The notes under the pieces were generated by a model. That model saw only the letters and a program-made list of their open reading frames with translations, did no database searches and had not been told where the DNA came from. Made by a program: the position numbers and the translations under genes. This document shows positions 36,331-49,355 of a DNA stretch of 64,000 bases, in pieces (positions within the stretch are counted from its first letter, which is position 1; each line of letters starts with the position of its first letter). Source of the DNA: Heptranchias perlo (taxonomy: Eukaryota); the NCBI RefSeq assembly GCF_035084215.1, contig NC_090332.1:38874001-38938000 (forward strand). Reading direction: 5' to 3'.

Positions 36331-36931
36331 GCAGGGAATGTAAGAGTAGGGAGATTATGCTAGAACTGTATAAAACATTGGTTAGGCCACAGCTTAAGTA
36401 CTGCGTACAGTTTTGGTCACCACATTACAGGAAAGATTTGATTGCACTAGAGAGGGTACAGAGGAGATTTACGAGGATGTTGCCAAGGCTGGAGAATTTT
36501 AGCTATGAGAAAAGATTGGATAGGCTGGGGTTGTTTTCTTTAGAACAAAGGAGGCTGAGGGGAGATTTAATTGAGGTATATAAAATTCTGATGGGACTAG
36601 ATAGAGTGGATAGGGAGGACCTATCTCCCTTAGCAGAGGAGTCAGTGACCAGGGGGCATAGATTTAAAGTAATTGGTAGAAGGATTCGGGGGGAGCTGAG
36701 GAGAATTTTTTTCACCCAGAGAGTGGTGGGGGTCTGAAAGGGTGGTAGATGCAGAAACCCTCATTTAAAAAGTACTTGGAAGTGCACTTGAAGTGCCGTA
36801 ACCTGCAGGGCCTACAGACCAAGTGCTGGAAAGTGGGATTAAGCTGGATAGCTCTTTTTTGGCTGGCACGGACACAATGGGCCGAATGGCCTCCTTCTGT
36901 GCTGTAACTTTCTATGATTCTATGGATCTAT

Positions 36932-37587
36932 AATGTGCTGCGTGTGCTTGCTTTCCAGCTGCAATTGAGGGAGTGGAATCCCTTTCTGTTCATGAATATG
37001 GCCGAGTTCAGATGTGGAAAACGCACGGCAATATGCATGCAGTCAATGGCACCCTGCACGAAGGGGAAACCTGCAATGCGAGCAAGTCCTCATGCTTGCT
37101 CCTGCTGCTTGACTTTGTCAAGAGAGAACGTGATGAATCTGTTTCTGAGTGCGTTCAGAGCCTCAGTGAACTCCCTTATGCAGCAGTGCACTGTAAAGTG
37201 TGAGATGTTGCTTATTTTGTCAGCAGCAGTTTGAAAGGAGCCAGAACCGTAAAAATTAAGCACCAGGGTTATCTTGACAGCCACATGCAATGCTGTTCTT
37301 GCCCTGCTCTGAGGCTGGAGTTGTGGCTGCAACAGTTGACAAATCTCAGTCACGACCTCTTTTGTGAACCGCAGCTGTCTGATGCACTGGTCATCGCTGA
37401 AATTGAGGTAAGAGAATTGGTCCCTGAAGGCCCTCATTGTATATGGCCTCCTGTTGAGTGCCCTGCGCCTTTTCCTCCTCCTTCTGCTTCTAGCAGCTTG
37501 TCCTGCACTGCATGGCCTTTCTGCATGCTCCCAGTCATGTTCAATTGCCAGGGTAAGCCCTAGCAGGCCACCCATGTCTGGCAGCAA
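36932..37587 (-). pseudogene. Harbinger C transposase, 5' part
   Basis: ORF 37090-37587 reads YLNFSDDQCIRQLRFTKEVVTEICQLL...VAVKITLVLNFYGSGSFQ, continuing to GAIDC and NRKGFHSLN. It joins the 29050-29562 piece across the CR1 insertion. Confidence 0.88.
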
Positions 37588-40240
37588 CCTTGTTCAGCGC
37601 ACTATTTCAAATGCCACTACCAATACTTAATGACCACCCAGACCACTCTCTGTATATTATTGCAGCTTTCTCCAAGTATAGGAAACTTCCAGTTACACCC
37701 ACAATTGTACCAGTAGCCAGAATAACTAATACAGCAACTAACCTGTAACTCCAGCATGTTCCCTTTAAATAGCGCTGGTGGGGGATCCTTCATGCCCTTT
37801 CACTCCGGTTCAGTTGTGCGAGGTTAGGGCAGTGCGTTGGCTGGAGCGGAGAGTTCGCAAATTCCGCCGGCTGCTTCAAATCTGCGATGCACACTGATTA
37901 ACTTCATAATCTCCCTACTCTACATGCTGCCGGCGTTTGTTAGGTGCGTGTGTGCAAATGCCTTCACCAAGATGGCATCCTGCGCACATCACGCCGGAAG
38001 TGTGAGTGCGCATCTCAGACGCCATTTTTGGGGCTTAGCTGTCCACATAGCAAGTACAGAATGGGCGCTACGCGGCCCAATTTAGCCCCCTACTTACCTT
38101 CTATCTATATTTTGTAACACTATGGAGTAAGAATTTTTTTGCTTGCTACGTGCAGTCACATTGTAAATTAAATTGTAAACATTTCCTCTGTTTGATATTC
38201 CAAGGAAAACCATAAACACATTTTAAAAGGTGTTTACAATGTCCCTGGAAATATTGAAGAGGAAATGCATTGACTGGCCCACTGCACTGAGCAACCAGAC
38301 AAATTCTTACCCTTTAGTTGTTAAACTGCAACTAACCCGCAAAACTAAGAGAAATGAGCCACTTCATCTGGTATTTTTGGGATCGAAGGACAATTTCTTT
38401 CCATAGCCCCGAATTCGTATTAACACCATAATATACAATGAGCTATACATTTTCTCTAAATGGTGCTCTTGATTTGGTATTGCACTACAGCACAAAACAC
38501 CTTTTTTCCACTTGTACTTCCTTTTTTCTCACCATTTTTTCTCCTCTCTTCCTCTCTTAAAGGCGTATACTTCTTGTCAAAATGTAGTTCCATGGGTACA
38601 ATTTGTCTTCCATTACCTTACCCAATGGGCCATTATTCAAGTGAGAATCTTGACAGTGAGTGTTGTGAAGCTACTCGACCATAGTATCTGAAGGAAAAAT
38701 GAAAGGATGCAACAAGGCCAATGTCAAAACTACAATAAATGAGAAAACAACAACTTACAACAGATTTTGAAATGAGCAAAGGAATGGTGATTTTCCATTC
38801 CAGCTAAATAAAAAGAATTTGTCTAATTGTCAATTAATGCAGTATACATGTTGTTTTAATTCTCAATGAGTATATGTAACATGAAAGTGCAACCTGTTCA
38901 TGGTTGTTGATACCAGAAAACATTTTTGATTTGTTCCTGTAACATTACAAACATAAGAATCTAAGAAGGCATGGAATGGGAGAAGCATATTTGGTCATTT
39001 CAGGCCTTTCCTTTTAACAGGTAAATCTGTGAAACTTTATGAGAATCTATGAGAATTCTATCAGATAACACTGCTTCACTAATTTAGTCACTGCTCCAAA
39101 AATTCCAGTAGACTTCAGAAGCATACAAAGATATATACAAGTAGCTGTTTGAGTGGAACGGCCACTTTAAAAACCTTGTCTAGCTGCGAGCGCAGGGCCA
39201 TGTTCACAGCTGTGTTCACATTAAGTGGAGCTCCTCAAAATTATCCCCAACTAGCTTATGTATTTTTTTCTAAAAACTGAAAGTTGAGAAGACATGTTAA
39301 CAGAAAAATAGAGGGATTAAAAAGATATCGTTGTCTTAAATTTATAAATGATACTTATGGATTATATGAATTGTTATTCTATAAAATCAGATATTGTAAG
39401 GTGTTCTTTATTTGTATAAAGATCAGAGAATCTTTGCCTATTTTTAGTAAGTAGTTAATCCTTCCTCAGAACTCTATAGTCTAGGGCCATATTGTGAAGA
39501 AGCACGCCATGAAATCTAGCATGATTCCTGAAGAGTGCGTAGGAATAACGGGGCCAAAAATCTCCAACCATTCCAGTGGACTCCAGCCATAACTTAGCAG
39601 GAAATGGGCTTGTGTGGGAATTGCTTCTCAGCCTTGTAAGGGGTGAAGCCTTCACCCAGTGGCAATGAAGCGTATGGAAACTTTGAACGCTAGAGTTCCC
39701 GTCTTCTGGGTCTACTCAGGGACTTGGCATATGGTCATCGCTAATACGCCCAGTGAGACCGGGCACATTGACCTATCAATGAATGTAAATGGGGCCACCT
39801 GGGGATTCAGGCCAGGATCATGGCTTGGATCCCTAAAGATTACACAGGTAAATGTTTTTCTGCTGTGAAGTTTAAAGTGACCCCATTTTTATGGGGCAGC
39901 AGAGGCATCGAAGTTTTTCTTCTGGGGTGGGGTAGGCCTGGAACTCTTAGCCATACTTTCCGGCCACTTCAGCTGGGTGCCATCTCAGATGTGCCCCCAG
40001 TTCACTTAAGCCACGCAAATCAGGTGACCTCATCTGACCCCACGACCTTTGGTGAGGTCAGCCGCACGGGTCAGGGGCAGGCGTATCTCGGTGCTTATGT
40101 CTAGATGCACCACCCAGCGGATTTTTGGGACCAGTTTTCTTAAGTCATAAAGATATCTGAACCCAATGGGGAATGTTTCCCACTTTTGAAAATTGGGTGT
40201 TAATGTCATCATTTTTTATTTTTTTTAACAGCAATGAATA

Positions 40241-41128
40241 TCATAGAATCATAGAATGGTTACAGTATGGAAGGAGGCCATTTGGCCCATTGAGTTCGTG
40301 CCAGCTCTCTGCAAGAGCAATCCAGCTAGTCCCGCTCCCCTGCCCTATCCCCGTAGTCCTGCAGATTTTTTCCCTTCAAGTACTTATCCAATTCCCTTTT
40401 GAAAGCCACGATTGAATCTGCCTTCACCACCCCCTCACGCAGTGCATTCCAGATCATAACCACTTGCTGTGTAATAAAGCTTTTCCTCATATTGCCTTTG
40501 GTTCTTTTGCCAATTTTGAATACCTCTATCAAATCTCCTCTCAACCTTCTCTGCTCTAAGGAGAACAACCCCAGCTTCTCCAGTCTAGCCACATAACTGA
40601 AGTTCCTCATCCCTGGAATCATTCTAGTAAATCTTTTCTGCACCCTCTCCAAGGCTTTCACATCTTTCCTAAAGTGTGGTGCCCAGAACTGGACACAATA
40701 CTCCAGTTGTGGCCGAACCAATGTTTTGTAAAGGTTCATCATAACCTCCTTGCTTTTGTACTCTATGTCTCTAGTCACAAAGCCCAGGGTTCCGTATGCT
40801 TTTTTAACCACTTTCTCAACCTGCTCTGCCACCTTCAATGATTTGTGCACATTTACCCCCAGATCTCTCTGTTCCTGCACTCCTTTTAGAATTGTACCCT
40901 TTACTTTATATTGCCTCTCCTCATTCTTCCTACCAAAATGTGTCACTTCATACTTTTCTGCGTTAAATTTCATCTGCCACGGTTCACCCATTCCACCAGC
41001 CTGTCTATATCCTCTTGAAGTCTGTCATTATCCTCCTCACTGTTCACTACCCTTCCAAGTTTTGTGTCATCTGCAAATTTTGAAATTGTGCCCTGTACAC
41101 CCAAGTCCAAGTTATTAATATACATCAA
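40241..41128 (-). mobile_element. CR1 LINE 3' fragment with internal deletion
   Basis: ORF 40326-40991 encodes the RT C-terminus. TTCTATGA-type tail. Confidence 0.92.
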
Positions 41129-41559
41129 TAATAGGAACGCTAATTACATCAGTTTTCCACTGAATGAGTTTGTTCTACAGGGATTTCATTAGCCTGACTG
41201 GGAGAAACCTGACCAATCAGCACTCATTTGCAATAATGCATATTTTGTGCCTCTCAAGTATCACTTTAACCAGTCAAGTAATGGCGAATAACTTTAATGC
41301 AGCTCAGGAAAGTGGGAAACTGAAGGAAAATAAGCACAGCAGTGTATTTGTATAGACTGATTCACTCAAATGTCCATTTTTCGATTTTGAAAGACTGATA
41401 CATGGCATTAAAATCAATGTACTGGCTTTTATCTGTGTAATCAAGCTGTGTGTTCTGTGTTTCAAAAATGTCTTCCGTTGGAAGATCTGGCGTAGGCAGC
41501 AGAAACAAGCAAAAAGAGTGTGACGAGGAGGAACAAAAAAAAAATCAAAATTTCAGTGA

Positions 41560-42075
41560 AATTTATCTCCAAACCTCCTCGCAGAGATTGAACATGAGAG
41601 ACACAGACAGATGGTCTGCACGAGAGGAAACCTCAAAAAAAGTTTCTCTTGTGCCATATGGAGGGAGGTGGCACTAGCACTGAGTGTCAACTCTCTCACC
41701 CCTAGGACTGCAGACCAGCGTTGCAAGTTCAATGACTTGACTAAGCCAGGTAAGATGGCCCATTGGCCCCTCTCGTTTTTCTTCCTTGGGCACCAGTATA
41801 TACTTCACGTCCAAAATTAAGAGCTGCACAACTAACACTTCACACCACTTACTTTAGTGCACAGCCTTAAAACTTCTTCCTCTACTTTAATAGAGTGATA
41901 CCATCACATGTCTTACATCAGCTGTCCAATGCCATGGAGGATAAAGTTCTCAATTGCCACATATGTCACTCGATCATGTTGTAGGAGAAACTTGCACACA
42001 ATGCCCATGAGAGAAAGGGCACCAACATTAAGGAGCTCACCTCCTACAAAGAATAAGCCATGGCGCTGATTAGGA
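41560..42075 (+). mobile_element. Degenerate Harbinger Myb-like gene remnant
   Basis: WREVA..VNSLTPRTADQRCKFNDLTKPG then GTAAG. A second exon, EKLAHNAHERK, follows ...ttgtag at about 41984. Confidence 0.6.
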
Positions 42076-42514
42076 GGCACTCTTGATTATTTTAAACTTT
42101 AATTTGGGGGCTATTTGGCTTAGATACTTCAACTTCCATCAGATGTAGACAGTGAGCTGTTTCATTTTTTCTTATTATTGATCGTTTTACAAAAATATGA
42201 AGTTCATAAACCGAGAAATTTCCATTACGTGTTACAGTGATTTGGCACATGTTGGGCAGGAATCTGTGATCTGTCGGGGAGCACCACTCACAGGAAGTGG
42301 AACTTGGGAAATTCATACTCATGAATGGAGAATCGCGGGATGTGCTGTTTGTGAGTGGTGGATCATGGAGTTACTCCATATCATTTATTTACTGCTCAGA
42401 GAAATTAAGTGGTCTGTATTGATAAAAGACAAATGGAACATTCCTAACTAATAATGGGTAAAGAAAGAAAGACTTGCATTTATATAGCGCCTTTCATGTC
42501 CTCAGGATTTTTAA

Positions 42515-43000
42515 AAATATTCTTTCATGGGATGTGGGCGTCGCTGGCGAGGCCAACATTTATTGCCCATCCCTAATTGCCCTTGAGAAGGTGGTGGTGA
42601 GCTGCCTTCTTGAACCGCTGCAGTCCCTGTGGCGAAGGTTCTCCCACAGTGCTGTTAGGTAAGGAGTTCCAGGATTTTGACTCAGCGACGATGAATGAAT
42701 GGCGATATATTTCCAAGTCGGGATAGTGTGTTACCTGGAGGGGAACGTGCAGGTGGTGTTGTTCCTATGTGCCTGATGCCCTTGTCCTTCTAGGTGGTAG
42801 AGGTCGCGGGTTTGGGAGGTGCTGTCGAAGAAGCCTTGGCAAGTTGCTGCAGTGCATCCTGTGGATGGTATACACTACAGCCACGGTGCGCCAGTGGTGA
42901 AGGGAGTGAATGTTTAGGGTGGTGGATGGGCTGCCAATCAAGGGGCTATTTTGCCCTGGATGGTGTCGAGCTTCTTGAATGTTGTTGAGGAAGCTCGACA
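42515..43000 (-). mobile_element. 3' fragment of the ...HHHLLKGN LINE family, inserted into an L2/SINE-type tail (42460-42507)
   Basis: Closely similar to 30915-31390. The flank AAAGACTTGCATTTATATAGCGCCTTT is an L2-type 3' end on the minus strand. Confidence 0.88.
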
Positions 43001-44489
43001 CCATCCAGGATATCTCAAAACACTTTATAACAAATAAAGGTAAGGGAATGAGGAAGTATTGACCATGTAAGCTACTTCCTCTTTGTATCCTTTATTAGTG
43101 CTCATTTTTCAAAATGTGTGAAAGTTTTAAAAAAGTATTATTTTGCAGCATTTTCCCACACTGTCGTGGGACTAAACTTTGTTATTTGGAGGCTGTTGTA
43201 ATTACTTAGATGATGTCAGCCAGACTGTCACCTACACTGACTCAGTGGCATCTTTCTTCTTCTTAGACACTCCTGATTGATTGAATGCACCACCTAGTTG
43301 ATGGAATCTACATCTGACATTGGGTCAATGTTTTCAAGAGTCTCCACCAAACTTAAAATGTTTGGTTATTATAGTGATGTACCACAGTAACAAAGTAATG
43401 TTTCTCTGAACATTCAGGAGATTTTTTAATAACAAAAATTGTTAAAGTGTAAAAGAGTTTTCCACTGCAGCGTCTTTCCCATCGAATGCCCATACCCTTA
43501 AGACACTTAATTTGCATATTGCATCATGTATTTCATTGGACAGCTTAATTTACCACCATAAATTACCATGTGGAAAAGTAGAAAATGCCATTCTCGTGGC
43601 TGGATAGTAATTACTTTGCAATTACTGTCTAAATAGTCTTAAAGAATAAGTGCAGCCCAAGTGCCTGTCTGTGGTGCATGATTTATCATTAAATATGTAA
43701 CATTATTAGAGCAGATATTAATAAGGGAGGACTGAGACACAGCACATTGGAGCTCAGAGGTGCTATTCCAAGTAATGGCACAATGCAGATTTGTGCCCAT
43801 GATTCCCAACACGTCGACTTCCAGATCTCTGCCGTGCCATAAGGTAGAGGTGGCAAGAAGAGAACAGCTGCTTCCCCACAGGGAGTGAGGAAAAATCAGA
43901 GGAGAATCACACTGGGTTGCTGACATGTATCTTCTAGCTGCCAATTATAAAGTGGCATTGGCAGAGATCTGGGAGCAGTTGTCTGTTTACTCAGCCAATA
44001 GCTGGTGGAGACTTTGAAAAAGAATGAAGAGAATTTTGCAAAACTAACCTAGCAAAGAAAAAAATGTAAAAGTTAAAAATTAATAGATCTTCATTTGAAC
44101 AAATTGGGATATTGTTTCTAAAGTGACAACAGTTGGGTTCTGATATAAAAATGTTAAGAATTGATTTTAGCTGTTGATTTTATCAGCAACCTGTCTAGAT
44201 TTAGAATCATAAGACTTGATCATTTTCATCCTTGATATAACTGTATATGCTAATTATAAAAGTTTTAATTTCCTGAGTTTTTGGTCATAGCAGCAAACCA
44301 GCAAAAGCAGTCAGATGGCACTTGTAGCATAATATCAAGTCCTGTCACTGCTCTAAACATCAGGATAAAACTCCCTGGTATTGGCAGTACAGATGTGCCT
44401 AAGGAGGTTTAGATTCAGCACAGAGGCTGTGAATGAGCTGGACCGTTAGTAAAATCTCTATACAACAGATAACATACAAACAGCACTGA

Positions 44490-44945
44490 CAGTGGAAGTC
44501 AAAGACAGTGTGGCCCTTAATTCATTACTATCTTTCTCCTTCCAGGCTAGCACTGGTGTCATTTGCAGTGTCAACCAGTTTGCTGCCCACACATATCTCA
44601 AGGAGTCTCACACATGCATTATTCAGCAGGGGTAATTACTTCATCACTTTTGCCAATGACCAACAGCAGTAGCATGAGAGGGCAATACAATTTTGTACAA
44701 CTGCTCGTTTTCCTAGTGTTTAGAGGATCATCTCTTGTATGCACATTGCCGTTTGGACCCCAGGGCACAATGCTGTGCCTTATGTGACCCTATATCACTT
44801 GAAAAGGATTTCCTAATCTGAATATGGACATAGTAAGCAACAACCAACACAGAATCAATTAAAGCAAGACCTGGTTTCCTGGAATATCTCACAATGCCTT
44901 CATTTTAAGACGACCATCTCTGCCATCCTTATTTGTAGGGGAATA
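44490..44945 (+). mobile_element. Highly degenerate Harbinger transposase remnant
   Basis: Decayed K.TVALN, ..KGF..LN and FPG.SH.AFILR blocks are recognisable by comparison with 6110-6945. Confidence 0.45.
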
Positions 44946-46964
44946 AAAAGTTGAATGGTCAGAAGCAGGATCCACTTAGTCAACTCACTGAGAGCACAAA
45001 TGGCAAGTGTCAGCAATAGTGCTGACATAGTTCAGCGTTAGCAGCCACTGCAGATGTGGTACACAAGAGGTGATTCCAAGATCTACACCCCCAAGAGGGA
45101 ATTGAGCTAACAAGGAGCACACCCATGATTTCCTGAGGCTTGCTTACGGCGAGCATCATTCTCCACTGGAATGCAGAATCACCCCTATAGGGTCATGTTA
45201 AAGTTTCTGAGTAAGGCAATGATTTTTGAAGACCTCAGAAAGGTGACATGGAAGTCATGGCGTAACTGCTACATTCTGAAGTTCTTGAGGAACGTCAGGA
45301 TTTATGACCAAGCTGTAACAAAGGAGCTATTGCGACTAAGACAAGCAATGCACTTCTTAAATATTTCATAATCATACAGCCTATAATGCATTTTTGGTAA
45401 GTGTATATATGTTGTCAAAGTTATTTTTTAACAATAATGTACTTTTCCGATATTTATAGCTTGCTTCAGATTTCCCATCATTAATCACTAAAAGCATTTC
45501 TGTTGCTGCAAAGTGAGGGGGAAGCTGGTGGAACAGATTATGATCTTAACCACGAGTCTATCTTTTTTGCTAGTCAGCAGGAATAAGATCACCTCGAAGA
45601 AAGCTGCATAGTTGAGGACTATAGCAGAGAACTGTTGCCAACGACTTGAAGAATCCTGATTTGTTGGGCGCAATGGCTTTTTCTTGTTCCTAACAATTCT
45701 TCTATTCTAAAACTTGTAGAGATTTTCTGACCAACAGATGGCTACCCCTAGTGGAATTCAAGTGAGCCAGGACAGCACTTGGATGGGTGGCATTTCTGCA
45801 GGATCCCCATTGAAGACATGCCCCGCATATATTGGCATCAGTATTACACTAACACCAAGCAACACCTGCCAATGAAGCTTGCATTTCAATATACTAAGTG
45901 TGCTGTTTATGTGGTTGTGTGTATGCCTGTGTTGAAGTGAGAAGGAAGCCAATACGTAAAAGCTGGAAGATACTAATCCGTAGCAGAAGGCAAGCCTGCA
46001 GCTTCACCTTCCTTCCTCCCTCTTATAAGCAAGGTGGTTTCCTCAAAGGGATGTTAAGGCTAGTCATTTCTCAGTCCTCTTACAGTTCAGATCTGTTCCA
46101 TTGTATTAGGTACTATCTTGCCATGCAAGTAGAGAAGTAGTTTTGACATTGTAAGTTGAAGGAACACAGGTAGTGACAGACATGTGCTGTAGATGTAACC
46201 CATGCTGGGTATCGTTAACTGACCATTCATCATGCATTTAGGTTGTGTTGCAGTTCTTTTATGTATGAAACCCTTTGAAGCTTTGAGTGTACCAAAGCTT
46301 TCAATTGCAAGTTATAGCTGTAATGTGTGCCCTATAAGTTTGAATGTTCAGCAATAGATGAGCTGTAATGTGACAGCCTGGCATAGGCCAACAATAAATA
46401 TACCACAATTTGCCCAGCAACAACTTTGTGACATGCATACATAGGCTATCTACTTGATAAAAGGTACTGTTTGATTTCCTTGACAGTTTCCTTAAGTTGG
46501 GCCTAATTCTTCCATATCCATTCTCAGATCTTGCGGGGAATGCACGGTGTATTAAACCAGGTTGTCACCTCTCGCTGGGCATTGTGCACTGTTGTTCCTC
46601 GAGAAAAGTGTCCTGGAGTGCTAAGTCAGCAGCTCTTTTCACAGCATGCTGCAGGTCATCCACCTCACTAGCCATCAAACAGTGCTCCATCACTTGCCCA
46701 CAGACTCTATTGTTCACCTCTATACATATTTTGGTTGACACTGGTTTTTGGCAGCCAATTCTTTGCCCTATACAGCCCTTATATATGCCCATATTTGACT
46801 TTGCATATCCTACATTTTCCTACAATGCCTTTGTGCAACTTTAGGATCATGCTTGCCTTGATGGGGGTCATTTTCAACTTTGCCCCTGGGCAGTATCCTG
46901 GTGTGATGGATCGTTCACCCATGTAGAACCTGCCCAATGTTTGTTTCATTGAAATTAATGGATC

Positions 46965-47370
46965 AATAGTGAGTTTTTTGAGGAGAGAGTGATGATGGTG
47001 AGAGAGGAAGTGCTTGAGGAAGCCTTTGATGCTGTCAAGGAGGATTGAGCTAAGGATGGGTAACTGTGTGATAGGAAGTTGGGTCCGTAGTAGTGGAAGA
47101 TTGCAGGAGATGGGTTTTATAGATGGGATGAACTTGATGAGGGCAAGGAGGAAGGGAGATGGTGGAGAAGCTGCAGTGATGTGGGGTTAGGACAAAAGCA
47201 TAGGGTTAGGAGGTTCCATGGAGGAGGAGGAAGTGGTGCTGAGGCAGCTGAGCAGATGGTCCTGATTTTTGAAACCAATAAACTGTCCCAGGATAATCCT
47301 GGAGTAGTTGGACAAGGAGAGAGAGGTGGTTTAGATGATCAAGCCAGAACAAGCAGTGGATGTGTAGGTT
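46965..47370 (-). mobile_element. Degenerate L2-like LINE fragment
   Basis: Purine-rich plus strand and C-rich minus strand, as in L2 ORF2. No long ORF. Confidence 0.4.
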
Positions 47371-47777
47371 GATCTTGCATGAAGTGCAATAAATTAACAT
47401 GATGTATCACCATTCATAAAATGGTAAAGGAAAGTAGCAGTCAATCCAAATTTTATAAGCTTTTCAAATGGTTCACACTAACATTGATTGAACTTTAGAG
47501 TTGGGTCCATCCAACTAATGACCTTCAAATCAAACTGCTTCTGTCAAGCCTGGACTGCCCCACTATTTACTGATGACCAAACTGGCTAATCAGCCCGGAA
47601 TAGCATGAGTTGTAAATATTCATTGGTATAGTATGGATGCTGTCAAACCTCAGAATGTAAGAAACTATGGTACATTCAGCTCATTGAAACACTTTGTTCC
47701 AACAATCCGTGAAGAATTTGCATTGACGTGACTGCATCCAATTCACTTAATCTCCTGATAGAGGGACCATGTTTATT

Positions 47778-48110
47778 CTTTATTCTTTTCGGGGTGTATG
47801 GTGATGTGCAACGTGTGAAGATACTCTTCAACAAGAAAGAATATGCCTTGGTACAAATGTCTGACTGTAACCAAGCTCAGCTGGCTATGAGTCATCTGAA
47901 TGGTCAGAGGCTTCATGGGAAGGCAATGCGTGCGACCATGTCCAAGCACCAGACTGTGCAGCTTCCCCGTGAGGGCCAGGAGGACCAGGGCCTGACCAAG
48001 GACTACAGCAGCTCACCACTGCATCGCTTCAAGAAACCTGGATCAAAGAACTTCCAGAACATCTTCCCTCCTTCTGCCACCCTCCAACTCTCCAATATTC
48101 CACCTTCTGT
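47778..48110 (+). pseudogene. PTBP1: Processed (intronless) internal fragment of polypyrimidine tract-binding protein 1 (RRM3 to start of RRM4)
   Basis: [48 protein letters not shown]...[55 protein letters not shown]. It reads through positions where vertebrate PTBP genes have introns. DVQ, ILF, MSHLNG and KDY favour PTBP1 over PTBP2/3. Confidence 0.88.
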
Positions 48111-48924
48111 ATAATTAACTACTCTCAATGTGAATCCCAGTACTTGATTTACGTGCTGATCACAGCTTTATAATGACTGGCTACTTCCAATAAATAGTTG
48201 ATAATCAGAGCTGGATCTTTTTATCCCCTTTCCAACTTTGCTAATCCAGACTTATTAATTGTGTACATATATGTCTTGCTTCCTGTACAATCAGTATTAC
48301 TTTGCATTTACCCACATTAAATTCTGTACACTATTCCTCAGCTCATCCACTTAATTTGCTCGCAATCTCCCCTATGATAGTTAACTGGTCACAACATTTT
48401 TGGCATCGGTAAATCTGTTAATATTACTAGAGATACTGTCCTCTGTGTTATTTCTGAATGGTTTAGACAGGGAGCCCAAAGCAGACCCTTTTAGAACTGT
48501 ACCACTCCATGCCCATCCTCAGAGAGAGCCTTGTCCATAAATCATCATCTTTTGCTTTCTGCTGCCAAGCAGCAAATTTGCAGCTAACTGCTGATTCAAG
48601 AAGAAGCAGCTTAGATTCAATTTTGTCAGTGAGAAGATTGATATCCTCACTTATTTAATATTTCTGTATAGAATATACTCTGATTTAGCTTACGACAACT
48701 ACATTACAACATGGTAATGCTGGCATGTTACAAACACGTCAGCAAAATAATAAACAAAACATGGAACAGAACAAATTATTCCATTTGAAACATTAGCTCA
48801 AAAACACAGAGAAAAAGAATTTGAATTTCACAGGTTACAATCAACCGTACTGGGAATTTTTCATTGCCCACCAATCTGGTATAAAATTTCACAACAGATG
48901 CGTCCAAAGGTCATGATGAGGAAA

Positions 48925-49355
48925 GAAGAAGAAAGAAAGAACTTGTGTTTATTTAACACTTTTCATGTCTCAAAGTGCATCACAGCCAATGCATTACCTT
49001 TTAAATGTAGCCACTGTTGTTACGAATGTAAATGAAGCAGTTGATTTGCACACAAGCAAATTACCACAAAAAGCACTGAGATAAATGACCAATAATCTGT
49101 TTTTGGGAATGTTGGTTGATGGATAAATGTTGGCTGGGATACCTCAGCTGCTCTTCTTTGAATAGTGTCACAGGATCTGTTACATCCCCCTCAACAGGCA
49201 GACAGGATCTCAAGTGTCTCATCCAAAAGAAAGTACCGCCTACAATGCAGCATTCCCTCAGTGCTGAACTTCAGCCTTGATTGTGTGCTGTAGTCACTGG
49301 AGCTTGAACCCACAACCTTATAATTCAGACAAGAATACTACCATTGAGCCAAGCC
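48925..49355 (-). mobile_element. tRNA-derived SINE, DeuSINE/SacSINE1-like
   Basis: The minus strand starts TTGGCTCAATGGTAG (A box) and GGTTCAAGCTCC (B box), has a central Deu-like body, and ends in an L2-type 3' end with (TTTC)n. Confidence 0.75.

Larger units (their letters stand above)
35530..36334 (-). mobile_element. Penelope-like element, 5'-truncated (GIY-YIG endonuclease + pLTR)
   Basis: GIY-YIG ORF plus a pLTR with a hammerhead. 6-bp TSD GGAATG at 35524-35529 and 36335-36340 inside the CR1 RT. Confidence 0.92.
29570..36924 (+). mobile_element. Full-length-type CR1 LINE (family 2) inserted in the Harbinger C transposase, with three nested insertions
   Basis: 5'UTR, ORF1 with zinc finger/leucine zipper and esterase, a fragmented ORF2 and a TTCTATGA tail. 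7-bp TSD GATCTAT at 29563-29569 and 36925-36931. Confidence 0.9.
24282..38090. mobile_element. Harbinger element C, expanded to about 13.8 kb by nested insertions
   Basis: 14-bp TIRs GGGGGTTAAATTGG (24282-24295) and CCAATTTAGCCCCC (38077-38090), 13/14 match, flanked by TAT and TAC. Myb-like gene on +, split transposase on -. Confidence 0.85.

Noticed and set aside
46497-46844. Overlapping ORFs on both strands (115 aa and 75 aa)
   Set aside because: No recognisable domain. Probably decayed repeat sequence.
47728-48114. Functional PTBP exon or a 128-aa gene
   Set aside because: The first about 16 codons are non-homologous, and it spans expected intron positions without introns. There are no flanking splice sites or other PTBP exons in the window, and it stops at the start of RRM4.
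49285-49355. tRNA gene (also the A-box-like sequence at about 5300)
   Set aside because: The A and B boxes belong to SINE heads, and no cloverleaf can be drawn.
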